Below are positions 12,886 through 25,948 of a stretch of DNA of 64,000 bases, in pieces (positions within the stretch are counted from its first letter, which is position 1; every line of letters begins with the position of its first letter). Below the pieces are notes generated by a model that did not search any database, was not told the origin of the DNA, and worked only from the letters and a program-made list of their open reading frames with translations. The stretch is taken from NCBI GenBank assembly GCA_964016885.1, contig OZ024742.1:144150001-144214000 (forward strand), given 5' to 3'. Position numbers and translations under genes: made by a program. Source of the DNA: Eledone cirrhosa (taxonomy: Eukaryota).

Positions 12886-13076
12886 GGGCGGTGGATTGGC
12901 AGTATCGGTAGAGGGTCGGACGCCATGCTTTGACGCATAGAGTTACGGCCCTTGCCATTCTGAGTTCAAATCCCGCCGAGGTTAACTTTGCCTTTCATCC
13001 TTATGGGGTTGATAAAATAAAGTACCAGTAATACACTGGGTAATTGCTGGCCTTGTGCCAAAAGTAGAAACAATTA
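12886..13076 (+). mobile_element. SINE family B, full length
   Basis: GGGCGGTGGATTGGCAGTATCGG (A box), GAGTTCAAATCCC (B box); TSD ATTATTTTTTCCAGGTATTTT at 12849-12869 / 13073-13093. Confidence 0.9.
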
Positions 13077-13184
13077 TTTTTTCCAGGTATTTTCATTGCT
13101 ACACCAGCATGCAGATACACATATATATGTATGTATGTATTGGCTCAACCTATATAAACATGGTAAAGCAGACATAAAATGCTG

Positions 13185-13830
<646 letters not shown>

Positions 13831-14197
13831 TAAATGTATAGGAATGCACATGTGTGTATACAGCTTCTGTTATGAGATGGTAAAATGTAAAGGAGTTAGT
13901 TGTCAATGAGATATGATAAATAACCGTAGGATGCATGTGTACATTTAACTGTACAAGAGTCATTGAGTGTATAGATAAACAAACACTGAAAGACAAGCAT
14001 AAATATGTTTATATGTGTCATTGACTTTATAGACAAATAGACAAGCATGTGCATGTATAAATATATTTATGTATAAAAAGATAAACAGATTGGCATATAT
14101 GTATATATATGGCTTTATGTATGTACATAATACACACATACATACATCAACACATATATATATATATATATATATATGATGATGATGATGATGATGA

Positions 14198-14390
14198 TGT
14201 TTCTACTATTTGGCACAAGGGGCCAGCAATTATCCCAGTACATTACTGGTACTTTATTTTATCGACCCCCCGTAAGGATGAAAGGCAAAGTTAACCTCGG
14301 CGGGATTTGAACTCAGAACAAAAAGGGACGTAACTATGCTAGAAAGTATGGCGTCTGACCTTCTACTGATACTGCCAGTTCACTGCCCTT
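14198..14390 (-). mobile_element. SINE family B
   Basis: Reverse-complement match to 12886-13076. Confidence 0.88.
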
Positions 14391-14456
14391 ATTATATATA
14401 TATATATATATATATATAATGACTGATTTATGGATATGTAGTATGCAAATTACATA

Positions 14457-14794
14457 CATCATCATCATCATTTTACGTCCGCTTTTTCCCTGCTTGCAAG
14501 GGTAGGACGAGAACTGATTTTGGCTTGATTTCTACAGCTGGATGCCCTTCCTAACACCAACCTCATTTACAGTGAGTGCTGGGTGCTTTTTTGCCATGGC
14601 ACCTCCACGACCACTTTGCAGTGGAATGATAGGGACCCCAGTCCATATCATCTCATTTCTACAGCTGAGTAAACTGGAGCAATGTGAAATAAAGTGACTT
14701 GCTCAAGGAAACAACACATCACCCGGTCTGAGAATTGAACTCACAACCTTTCGATTGCAAGGCCAATGCTCTAACCACTAAGCCATGTGCCTCC
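14457..14794 (-). mobile_element. SINE family A, full length
   Basis: Same head, CORE-like domain and tail as 6018-6352; (CAT)n tail; head abuts (TA)n. Confidence 0.92.
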
Positions 14795-15145
14795 ATATAT
14801 ATATATATATATATAAAGAAATAGACAGATGTAAATATTTGTACGTATGAATAAATGTATGTATAAGTGTGCAAAGGCCTCTCCCAGACACAGACATGTA
14901 TTTAAGGAGTAAGATAATTGAGGCATGGAAAGTAAGAAAAAAAACTGATGTAATACAGAGAAGAAAGGATGAATGATTAACAGAGAGGGAGATTGGAGAG
15001 CATTGTTACATAGGATGAAAATGAGCAATAAAATAGGAGAGAGCGAATGAAAGAGAAGAAAAAGGAGAGAAATAGAAAAAAAAAAATTTAATGATTTATA
15101 TACATATATACACATACACACACACATATATATATATATATATAT

Positions 15146-15467
15146 GTAACAATATCTGTGAATGTGAACAGAAAAACAGTGCTCAATCGGGAAGAGAGCG
15201 GATATATTATATTTATTTATGTTCATACACAGAAAAAAGGCACTACCCAAGGCTTCAAGGCCCAAATTTGACCATACCTCCAGATAACAAGAGGCATCAA
15301 AATAGTGACCTTATTCAGGCCGTAATACGAGTTTATCTCATATTAACACCTGAAGAAAGGTCACTATTTTGATGCCTTTTGTTATCTGGAGGTATGGTCA
15401 AATTTGGGCCTTGAAGTCTTGGATAGCACCTTTGTTCTGTGTATGAATATAAATAAATATAATATAT
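15146..15467. mobile_element. Fold-back cassette, Penelope-like pLTR remnant (family P1)
   Basis: Inverted arms ~15202-15320 / 15349-15467; ~55 bp extra tail on the left; (TA)n on both sides. Confidence 0.75.
15347..15428 (+). ncRNA. Hammerhead-like motif with ~56-nt stem II (mirror copy on minus strand at 15239-15320)
   Basis: CAC-CTGAAGA-AAGGTC...GGCCTT-GAAG-TC TTG GA-TA; the mirror arm has GAAG-CC TTG GG-TA-GTG; GAAG replaces canonical GAAA. Confidence 0.5.
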
Positions 15468-15497
15468 ATCTATATATATCTATATATATATATATAT

Positions 15498-15686
15498 ATA
15501 GGAAAATGTTTGACCCCAACGGCAGAGCTCAAGCCGTTTCGACGGCTATTTCAGTCCAGAAATAGCTGTCGAAACGGCTTGAGCTCTATCGTTGGGGTCA
15601 AACATTTTCCTATTACCCACTCTACTACCCTAAGTATTGAGTACTCTGGTGCATTATGGTCCATCTTACCACAGCTCCTTCGTTAT
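15498..15686 (+). mobile_element. Fold-back cassette (family P2)
   Basis: 55-bp arms 15498-15552 / 15559-15613 with 3 transition mismatches, 6-nt loop and ~75 bp tail; relatives at 16139-16191 and 37237-37383. Confidence 0.75.
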
Positions 15687-15693
15687 ATGTATT

Positions 15694-15823
<130 letters not shown>

Positions 15824-16138
15824 CAGTTGCAGAGGATAAGGTGCTTATATGTGGTTGGTATGCTGTAACTTTGTAAGGATAAGCTGGTTCAGGCGATCCA
15901 AAAGTACTTCACATCAGTAGTTTATCCCAGCTAAAAGTTGGTGACGAAGTATCCATTTATCAAATTAAAAGTAGTTGAGGCGGGGTTACTTCACCATGAT
16001 TGCTTTATTGCATGTTACTTCATCAGATGCTCATACAATCATAGGTGTAGTTATGCAATCATGGGGATATGTCGCTGGTCATGTATTACCATCCAGGTGT
16101 GATGCCAGCAGACATATATACACATATATATATATATA

Positions 16139-16191
16139 TAGGAACAAGTATGACCCCGACGGCAGAGCTCAAGCCGTTTCGACGGCTATTT
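16139..16191 (-). mobile_element. Single arm of family P2 inside (TA)n
   Basis: TGACCCCGACGGCAGAGCTCAAGCCGTTTCGACGGCTATTT matches 15511-15551. Confidence 0.8.
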
Positions 16192-16342
16192 ATATATAAC
16201 CAAAGATTAATATGGTTCATTGATTACTCAATGAATATAATTTTACAATAGATTAAAAGCACTCTACAAAGAAGTTTTCTGGAGTTATTAATATTATTCA
16301 AAATATTAATAAATGAAGACATTCACATAATCAAAATATATG

Positions 16343-16403
16343 TTTTATTATATATATTTCAAAGTACTGTGCTGTTTTTTCAGTACGTTCTCGTCAGATA
16401 AAA
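16343..16403 (-). ncRNA. Type-I hammerhead ribozyme motif, core intact
   Basis: Minus strand: TTTTAT-CTGACGA-GAA(C)GTACTG loop CAGTACTTT-GAAA-TATATA-TA-ATAAAA; 6-bp stem I, ~9-bp stem II, palindromic stem III. Confidence 0.75.
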
Positions 16404-16406
16404 TAC

Positions 16407-16480
16407 ATGAATTGATGTATGACATACCTCAACAGTCTTGATCCATCAAGACTGTTGAGGTATATCATACATCAATTCAT
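16407..16480. repeat. 36-bp-arm hairpin palindrome immediately 5' of the minus-strand hammerhead
   Basis: ATGAATTGATGTATGACATACCTCAACAGTCTTGAT-CC-ATCAAGACTGTTGAGGTATATCATACATCAATTCAT, one mismatch. Confidence 0.9.
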
Positions 16481-16817
16481 TGTGTGTGCTCCTAACACAA
16501 ATGATCATAATAATAGTCATTCACTATAAATAATACCTGAGAAAATAGGGTAATGTACCTTTGGAGACATAAAAAATTGGAAAGAGATGCCTGCAAGGAA
16601 TCAAACACTACATCTTTTGATGTTGGTCGTATGTATTAACCACTATGGTAAAGAGCAGCTGGCCACCAATTCTATCATTTTTTAAAACATCTAAAGGATG
16701 GATGATTCAATTCATTGGAGGCACTGTGTGCACTTTTTTCTTTCTCCAGGAGTACTTTCCTCAATATTTTCAACTTTATAGTGGTTGTCTAATATTTTGG
16801 TCATTGAACCACACAAC

Positions 16818-16824
<7 letters not shown>

Positions 16825-16892
<68 letters not shown>
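16825..16892. repeat. (GA)n microsatellite
   Basis: Direct observation. Confidence 0.95.
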
Positions 16893-16896
<4 letters not shown>

Positions 16897-17054
16897 TACT
16901 ATATTTCTTGTTTATAATTTATTTGTGGTATATAGTGTCCCATGCTGCATGTAGGAAAAAGACAGGATGGTCACAGATGGAATGCTTTCAACAATAAATC
17001 TGCTTGATCAAGGTTGGGTTAAGCAATAACATAAATAACATGTCTGTACATCAC

Positions 17055-17099
17055 TGCAACCAACCAACCAACCAACCAGCCACCACCACAACCACAACC

Positions 17100-17130
<31 letters not shown>

Positions 17131-17650
17131 CCAATCATTACCACTAATTATTCTATACAATTGTCACTGCCATCTTCACTCCACAACCTTACCATCACCA
17201 CCACCACTGCAGTAACCACATATACACCCTATCACAACCTCATCAACCATCACCACCACAACTACTACATACAAACCTCTACCACCATTCCATATACACC
17301 ACCACCACAACTACTACCACTCCATATACATCACCACAACCCCAACTGCTACTACCATTCCATATACACCACAACTACTACCACCCCTCCATACACTACA
17401 CCAGAACCCAAACTGCTACTACCATTCCATATACACCACCACAACTACTACCACCCCTCCATACACATCACCACAATCCCAACTGCTACTACCATTCCAT
17501 ATACACCACCACAACTCCAACTGCTACCACCACTCCATACATACCATTACAACTTCCCCAACTACAATTCCCACCACACATGCCCCTATTCCATACATAC
17601 CATCACATCCCTAGCAACCAACACCACTACCACCATCACCACAACTCATC
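17055..17650. repeat. ACC-rich degenerate minisatellite (~30-36 bp units, ...CTACCATTCCATATACACCACCACAA...)
   Basis: Recurrent CCATTCCATATACACC and CCCCTCCATACAC units; source of ORF 17161..17703. Confidence 0.8.
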
Positions 17651-18407
17651 CATCAAGCATCTATGACAATTTAAACAGCAGCAGCTATGATTATATAACA
17701 TAAGTTCTCTCAGCAGACAATCTTACCCACCTCCCCTTCACTCCATCGCTCCACTCTGTCTCTCTCCTGACCAATTTCTTTTGTTAGATTTACTACTACT
17801 ACACTCACACTACCACCACTACATTCTCCCTTAATGAATGGAGGGATTTATTTCTCAAAGAATTTTAATAAACTTTTATTAAATACCCTACCACATCCAT
17901 CTACCCTTCTTTTGTGTGTATAACTCACTACTTTTGTTGTAATTATATTTCCTGTCTGTCTTTCTAACAGTCAGTCTGTTCTCCATATACACATACACAC
18001 AAAACTATTTCTCTGCCACTCTTCTACTATCTTTACCTTTCATGTTTCTTGTTCCCTATCTCAATCTCTCTCTCTCTCTCTCTGTTTATCTATATATCCC
18101 TCTCTCCACCAGTTCTTCCAATAGACATGCATACATACATACTACTAACTTTCCTTATATTTCTCTATTTTCTCCATCTAACTATTCCTCCATCTCCTCC
18201 ATATATATGTGCGTGCATACATACACACACACACACACACACACACATATAGAGTTACACAGACAAACACACACATATATACATATATATATATATATAC
18301 AGTTACACAAACACACACGCACACACATATTGTCTAACTGAATTTTGTAATAAATATCCAAAGTTAGTAGGGTACTCAATTCCAGGAATGAGTTGTGCCA
18401 TACAGAT

Positions 18408-18449
18408 CTGACTGAAGATTTGACAAAGTCAATGAAACACGTGTATCCA
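18408..18449 (+). ncRNA. Minimal type-I hammerhead motif
   Basis: GA-CTGAAGA-(T)TTGAC AAA GTCAA(T)-GAAA-CACGTG-TA-TC; palindromic stem III, GUA site, eroded stem I; ~40 nt tail then (TA)n. Confidence 0.65.
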
Positions 18450-18637
18450 TTAGCATGACACATTAGTGTAATAGATAACTGTGTGCATATATATATATCA
18501 TCGTTTAACTTTCCCTGCTAGCAAGGTTTGGACATAACTACATGGACCAAGCCAGACAAACCAGGGTGTCTGCATTTCACTTATGTACGGTCTTATCTTC
18601 TATTGAGTGTATAGGAGAGGATGCCATGTCTTTGATA

Positions 18638-19176
18638 TCATCATCATCACCATTTTACGTCCATTCTTCCACGCTAGCATGGGTTAGACGGGTTGTCCTG
18701 TTGTAGGCAGTGTCCGGTCGACTGACCTTGTCTTGCTCATACGGGAACTGATTCTGGCGTGATTTCTACAGCTGGATGCCCTTCCTAACACCAACCTCAT
18801 TTACAGTGAGTGCTGGGTGCTTTTTTGCCGTGGCACCTCCACGACCACTTTACAGTGAGTGCTGGGTGCTTTTTTGCCGTGGCACCTCCACGACCACTTT
18901 ACAGTGAGTGCTGGGTGCTTTTTTGCCGTGGCACCTACACGTCCACTTTACAGTGAGTGCTGGGTGCTTTTTTTTGCTGTGGCGCCTACACGTCCACTTT
19001 GCAGTGGAATGATAGGGACCCCAGTCCTATCATCTCATTTCTACAGCTGAGTAAACAGGAGCAATGTGAAATAAAGTGTCTTGCTCAAGGACACAACACT
19101 TCACCCGGTCTGAGAATTGAACTCACAACCTTTCGATTGCAAGGCCAATGCTCTAACCACTAAGCCATGTGCCTTC
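18638..19176 (-). mobile_element. SINE family A, long-tail variant with an internal ~43-bp tandem expansion
   Basis: Head identical to other A copies; unit TTACAGTGAGTGCTGGGTGCTTTTTTGCCGTGGCACCT..CACT repeated 4x at ~18801-19000. Confidence 0.9.
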
Positions 19177-19202
19177 ACAATGATACAATACATATATATA
19201 TA

Positions 19203-19365
19203 TCAAAGGTATATATTGAGTTAGAAACTCAAAATAGTCTCTTACAATTAAATAGCTCAAGGAAAGAGATTTTTCCGAGCCATGTAATATAACTGAATAT
19301 AAAAGAGATATAAACACAGATACATACAGATACATATATGTGTTTATGTCTCTTTTATATTCAAT

Positions 19366-19370
<5 letters not shown>
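19203..19370 (-). mobile_element. Short fold-back cassette between (TA)n tracts, no ribozyme core seen
   Basis: Arms ~19287-19318 / 19339-19370 (2 mismatches); unique ~85 bp tail on the left. Confidence 0.55.
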
Positions 19371-19396
<26 letters not shown>

Positions 19397-19399
<3 letters not shown>

Positions 19400-19850
19400 T
19401 TTATTAAAATAACAGATTAAAGTTTAAGCAAAGAATCGCTGCTTTCACCCTTAACAGGATCTTCTGAAACTAACAAAGTCAATCTGTAAACGCAGAACAG
19501 GATATTTAAAAAAACGTTGCAACCGGAGGAAGACAGGAAGACGATACTTTGGTTCGTGGTAACGTTCGCTGGCAAAGAACGGGAAAAAACGAATAATACG
19601 TCATTAATAGGAGCGGTGAAAAACAATTACGCGCAAAGACAGAACCACGTTTATGGTATAAAAGAAGTCGTAGACTGTTCTGCGTTTACAGATTGACTTT
19701 GTTAGTTTCAGAAGATCCTGTTAAGGGTGAAAGCAGCGATTCTTTGCTTAAACTTTAATCTGTTATTTTAATAAATATTTGCTCTACGGTTCTTATATAT
19801 TTGATATATATTTTCCTTATCGAGCCCTCTTTAGATTTTAGTCTTCAATT
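19397..19850 (+). mobile_element. Fold-back cassette (family P3): 104-bp perfect inverted arms, 174-bp spacer, ~70 bp tail
   Basis: 19397-19500 is the reverse complement of 19675-19778; flanked by (TA)n and (TTA)n. Confidence 0.8.
19704..19754 (+). ncRNA. Degenerate hammerhead motif (mirror on minus strand at 19421-19471)
   Basis: AGTTT-CAGAAGA-TCCTGTTAAGGGT-GAAA-GCA...TGC-TT-AAACT; stems I and III pair, but the core has CAGA instead of CUGA. Confidence 0.55.
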
Positions 19851-20685
19851 TTATTATTATTACTATTATATATATATATATTTATTTAATATAAAATTCA
19901 TCAGGAAGCCTGATTTCTCCCAAATGTAACAGTTCTAGTCCTGTAGAAGCCTTTCTATATTAAATATTTATACTCTGCTTTGTATTGAGTACCTTACTTA
20001 CTGTGGTTACCCCCGGGATAAACTTATATATATATATATATATAGGCACTTGTATGTCTGTGTGCTTAAAAAGTTAGTTCCTCAACCATATGCATATGAC
20101 TGGTGCAGTTCCACTGGGTGGCATATTGGGCAAGTGCCTTACTACCATAACCTGAGGTCGACTAATGACCCAGGAGAGAAATTTTGTTGCCAGAAACTAT
20201 GTAGAAGACCATTGTATGTATATATATATGCCATGCAGGCTTTTTTGAAACTATTATATAATAGATTCCACACTGACTGGTTTGTCTTTCCCAAATCTCC
20301 TTTCTTAACTTTTCTATGCCTGAGTTTCATTCTTCTTTGTCTGCACATTGGACTGCAGTCCACACTATTCTTTTCTGTTTTTCTATTTCTATTTCTTCCT
20401 TTTTGTCAGTTGACACACTTGGGATACTTTTTCATCCTTGTCTACTTGTTTTGTTGTGCCCCAATGTGCACTAGAATGAACAGTATCAACCTTAAACTAC
20501 CAAAACTGTAATGATTTCCAGAGGTTTATTAGGGAGCTGGGATTGTCCATTTTCTGTTACTTTTTCCACGCGCCCCACAATTTTGAATGTGTGTGTGTGT
20601 ATGTGTGTGTGCACATGTGTGTGTGTATATATATGTATATATATATATATATGTATATATATACATATATATACACACACACATG

Positions 20686-20730
<45 letters not shown>

Positions 20731-20843
20731 GTGTGTCAATGACACACGACCGTGACTTCTGGCGTCACGCAGTAATACAGGGTACCCGACCTCCCATGGG
20801 TACATGCTGAAGCATATAAACAATATGCCCCCCCCCCCCCCCC

Positions 20844-21114
20844 CACCGCAAGGTGGTCGTGGAGGTGCCACGGCAAAAAAGCACCCAGCCCACACTGTAA
20901 AGTGGACGTGTAGGCGCCACGAAAAAGCACCCAGCACTCACTGTAAATGAGGTTGGTGTTAGGAAGGGCATCCAGCTGTAGAAATCAAGCCAGATCAGTT
21001 CCTGTATGAGCAAGGCATGGTCAGCCGACCAGACACTGCCCACAACAGGACAACCCGTCTAACCCATGCTAGCGTGGAAGAACGGACGTAAAACGGTGAT
21101 GATGATGATGATGA
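20844..21114 (+). mobile_element. SINE family A long-tail variant, 5'-truncated
   Basis: Reverse-complement match to 18638-18900; ends GGACGTAAAACGGT(GAT)n; an older related copy follows at ~21170-21385. Confidence 0.85.
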
Positions 21115-21704
21115 TATATATATATATAGAATACTGCCAGACGTCACCACTCCCTCAAAGGCCAGCCTTCCAAAAAGTATCCAATCCACCCTGCCAGATG
21201 GTTGTGTTGGTGCCACAGAAAACAAACTCGGTGCATGCCATGAAGTGATTGGTATTAGGAAGGGCATCCAGCCATAGAAATCATGCAAAAATAGCCATTA
21301 TGAGTAAGATACGGCGGTCTAGCCTTTTTAACCCATTCAAGCATGGAAAATAGACATGAAATGGTGGTGATCACAATGATGATTTATAAGAATATATATA
21401 TGTGTGTGTATGTGCATCTGTGTCTGTATTTACACTTACTGTTTTATTATCTCCTTTAACTTTGTAGTACAGCATGATAAAATAAGGACCAGACTTGAAA
21501 AAATAAGTAGGGTTGGTATCATCAACCAAATCAAGGCGCTGCCTCAGCATGGCCCAAGAATAGGACTATATAAGAAACTCACACAGCTTGTGCAACCTTG
21601 CTTTCTCTCATATACGTGCATACACATATTGAAACACACACACACACACATTTTAACATGCAGTCAGCTTGTATCCAGCATACAACAGACATTCGGCCAT
21701 ACAT

Positions 21705-21759
<55 letters not shown>

Positions 21760-21894
21760 TTGTATCGAAAATCTAATACACAGCAAATTCATTCTTGCAT
21801 CCTTCCACATGTACACATACATATTTTAACACAAAAAACAACTTCTATCAAAACTCTAATACAAACCACACATACAAACAGGCTTTCTTTTCCC

Positions 21895-22395
21895 TCACAC
21901 ACAGCTTCTATAAAATACACAACCGACATATACAAGCTTGCATTCTTTGACACATGCACACACACACACATACACAGACAGACAGACACACAGCTTCTAT
22001 AAAATACACAACAGACATATACAAGCTTGCATTCTTTGACACATGCACACACACACACATACACAGACAGACAGACACACAGCTTCTATAAAATACACAA
22101 CAGACATATACAAGCTTGCATTCTTTGACACATGCACACACACACACATACACAGACAGACAGACACACAGCTTCTATAAAATACACAACAGACATATAC
22201 AAGCTTGCATTCTTTGACACATGCACACACACACACATACACAGACAGACAGACACACAGCTTCTATAAAATACACAACAGACATATACAAGCTTGCATT
22301 CTTTGACACATGCACACAGACACACAGACACACAGCTTCTATAAAATACACAACAGACATATACAAGCTTGCATTCTTTGACACATGCACACATA
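21895..22395. repeat. 89-bp tandem minisatellite (~5.5 units)
   Basis: Unit CACAGCTTCTATAAAATACACAACAGACATATACAAGCTTGCATTCTTTGACACATG(CA)n...; identical ORFs recur at 89-bp spacing. Confidence 0.93.
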
Positions 22396-23158
22396 TATTT
22401 GAACACACACTTTCTCTCAAGAATCTCCACCCCGCTCAAAAACACCAAAGAACACATGTACTAACAACCACCCCGCCATCTCCCTCACTTCTATTCTCTT
22501 TGCAATTCCCCATCTCTCTCTTTCTCCCTCACCTCGCTCTCTCTCTCTCTCTTTCTCCCTCCCTCCCTCTCTCTCTCTCTCTCTATCTATCTATCCAACA
22601 CTTTAATTACAGATCAGTAAAAGACACCGGCTGCTCTTACAAAGATGCAGCAGCAATGAGAGACAGTTGGAGTAATAGGAAGAGTTGAAGTAGTGAGGAG
22701 GAGAGTAAGGAGATAAAAAGAGACAAGAAGATGCAGGAAGGGAGTAAGTGAAAAGAGTAGGTGGTAAGATGAGTAAGGAGAGGAGGAGGAGGAGAGAGAG
22801 AGAGAGAGAGAGAGACAAGACGATGCAAGGAGAGAGTAGTAGTAGTAGTGAATAGAGTAGGTGATAAAGAGGGTAAGGAAAAAGAGTGAAAGAAGAGACA
22901 TGAAGGGACCTGCTTTTTGAAAACATGGTTGATTGAGTCAGTGAAAAGATAGGTGCTGAAGCAGCAGCAACAGAACACTGCTGCTGTATCAAAAACTGGA
23001 TATTCAGCAGTTGAATTTCTCTGACAAAGATGCACCAGTCGTATTGCATTTCAAAAAATTGGCTGCATTAGGGAAATTGTAAAGGCAAATAGCAAAATGA
23101 GAGGCATTAATTCTGAACAACAACAACATTTAAAAAAATAGTGGGGGAAGGTGATTGA

Positions 23159-23159
<1 letters not shown>

Positions 23160-23238
<79 letters not shown>

Positions 23239-23272
23239 TCAGATGGAAGAGAAAAGGTGAGGATGAGTAAGA

Positions 23273-23337
<65 letters not shown>

Positions 23338-23390
23338 AGAGAGGAATGAGATGGAAGAGAAAAGGTGAGGATGAGTAAGAGTAAGAGAGA
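23160..23390. repeat. (GA)n tracts with a duplicated ~48-bp spacer
   Basis: GAGGAAT..AGATGGAAGAGAAAAGGTGAGGATGAGTAAGAGTAAGAGAGA occurs twice. Confidence 0.9.
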
Positions 23391-23621
23391 CAGAAAGACT
23401 AATAAGTAATGAAGGAAAATATCATTACCACCACCACCACCACCACCACCATCACAATTTCTAAAAATGACTTCTATTTACTATGAAAAATTTAAGTGAA
23501 AGAAAGAATGAAAGAGATAGCAAAGTAGTGGAATGGAAGATTTTACAAGAAAAATTGTCCTTCTCAAGAACAACACAATATATATGGTGATGATGATGAT
23601 GATGATAAATACATGTGTGTG

Positions 23622-23658
<37 letters not shown>

Positions 23659-24117
23659 CATATTAAGAATAAAAAAGGAGGATGATTAGTGTGGGGTGGA
23701 ACACAAGTAATTAAAGAAGAAAAAGGAAAGCTTTATTCTTGTCTCTTTTCTTTTTCCTCCTTTTAACTTCTAAAGAAATGGTTGAATAGACTTCTTTAGG
23801 AAAGAATAAGATCCTCTTTTCTATAGAAACTGTCAGTGACCAAGCAAGCCATTCTTGGATTTGACATTCTTGAAAGCTTGACCTGTTTTCTTATTTTCTT
23901 TAATTTTGTTTTGCCCTCCTCCCCCTCCCCTCTTCTTATGTTATAATCTATTAGAAAGGTTTGTGGTGAACAGGTAGACAGACAGGCAAGACTACAAGAG
24001 AAAGATAGGAAGTGATAGATAGACAGATAGATAGGAGAGAGAGAGTGTGTTCATACATGCAGACTTGATGTTAAAAAGTCACCCAAAAACAACAGATAAT
24101 AAACCCAAGCAGATTGC

Positions 24118-24219
<102 letters not shown>

Positions 24220-24861
24220 AAAAGACAAAACAAGGATGAAAGAGAGAGTGAGAAGGAAGTTATATATATAGCTTAAACAAAGACAGGTTCAGAAGGAAAG
24301 ATCCCTTAGATTAGATAGAATCAATAGCTACTGAGAAGTGGTAGTGATGATGATGGTGGTAGTGGTAATGATGGTAGCAGTGATGGTGGAGAAATAGGGG
24401 TATCAGAGGGAACAATAGTAAACTAGAGAGCTTAGCAGGTGAGGGAAGGGTTTAGGGGAAAAAAACTAAAGAACTAAAACCAAAACCAAAATGAAAATAG
24501 GCAGCAAAGAATCACCATGGTCTAATTTTGGATATTCAAATGGGAGAGGAATGTGTCATAGTTTAAAGATTCTGGAATCTTCTGCAAAAAAAGATTCTTG
24601 ATAAAGTTTATATAATAAAGAACTCAGCAAAGATTGGATGAAATGTGTGTGTGTGTGTGTGCACCTGCAAATGTGTGTGTGCATGATGCGAACCTGCATG
24701 TATGTGTACACATGGAGGTGTATGTATGTGTACACATGAAGATGTGTGCATGTGCATATGAATGCATGATATGTGTGTACATATGAGGTATGGAATTCTG
24801 TGTATTTGCAATAAGTTCCCATTGATGTTAAGATGCCTTAATATGAAAGTTCCACAATGCA

Positions 24862-24892
<31 letters not shown>

Positions 24893-25192
24893 AATTCTCT
24901 GAATATTCTTTATGATATAAATTCTACCTGCTAAATCAGTGGTTCTTAACCTTTTCTGCTCCATGCCCTGCCATAAAACCATTAAAAAAATTGATGCCGC
25001 CCCCACCCAAATCAATAGTAAAACATATCTAGCATTAAAAAGGAATATATCTAAAATTTAGAAAAATTGATTATATATATATCATCATCATCACCATCGT
25101 TTTTACATCAGTTTTTCCTTGCATGGGTTGGATAAATATATATACATGACTGAAACACACGCTTTTTTCTTTTTTTCCCCTCCTCACTTTCT

Positions 25193-25262
25193 ATGATGAA
25201 GGACTAGTGTTCGCACTCTCTTTGACAAAAGACTAGTGTTCGAAACGTAAACACTCTTTTCC
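25193..25262 (+). ncRNA. Broken, partly duplicated hammerhead remnant related to 10207-10240
   Basis: ATGATGAAGGACTAGTGTTCG ... GACTAGTGTTCGAAACGTAAACACTCTTTTCC; same downstream ACTCTTTTCC as the 10.2 kb copy. Confidence 0.4.
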
Positions 25263-25732
25263 TACAGCACTGCCTTAAAAGTTTTTAGTCTCAGGGATCA
25301 ATAAAGGAATACTTATTATTTTTCCAAAATATAATAAGATATAGCAAGACAGCAGTGTCAACCAAATTACCCAGGTATGAAATTGCTACCAAGATGTCAG
25401 CTAAGTAATTAGCTATCAACCAAACTACCCAGGTATCAATCAAACTACCCAATCAGGTTTATCTATACATGAACGATGATGTACTTTCAGCTTTGCACAT
25501 AACAAAATTTAATTAGAATAAAACTTGTAGAATTATTGAGCTCTAAGATTTTACAAGGTCATAAATTTAATGGGAAGGAGACTATTTGATTCAACTGAGC
25601 CCCTCTCTTTCTTGCACTGACCCAGTACTTTGACTTTATAAATTCCAGAAGAATAAGCAGTATGGTTGACCTCTGTAAATTTTAACTCAGAATATAAAGG
25701 ACTGTAACTAAATACACAAGGCATTTTGTTTG

Positions 25733-25948
25733 TTAACCCTTTAGCATTTACATTATTCTATATTTACTATTGTATTTTCATGGAAAAGGCTTTGTCTCAC
25801 ATAATATCGAATCTATGAGATTTTAATATTATTTATTTTCAGAACAATATGTTAACATTAGTATGAGCGTCCAGTTATGGCTGGTTTGACCAGAAAGATG
25901 TGAGAGAATTCTGGCCAGATATAGCCGGTTTAAATGCTAAAGGGTTAA
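25733..25948 (+). mobile_element. piggyBac-like MITE family 1, best copy
   Basis: TTAA-CCCTTTAGCATTTA ... TAAATGCTAAAGGG-TTAA: 14-bp perfect TIR and TTAA TSD. Confidence 0.88.

Noticed and set aside
15985-16030. CTGATGA on the minus strand as another hammerhead
   Set aside because: No properly spaced GAAA, stem III or stem I pairing found
17161-17703. 180-aa Thr/Pro/His mucin- or extensin-like ORF
   Set aside because: ACC-rich degenerate repeat with no ATG start, splice evidence or domain
20740-20826. CpG-rich double hairpin with ACC-TCCCATG-GGT resembling HDV-like ribozyme P3/L3
   Set aside because: No matching P1, P1.1 or P2 strands could be found
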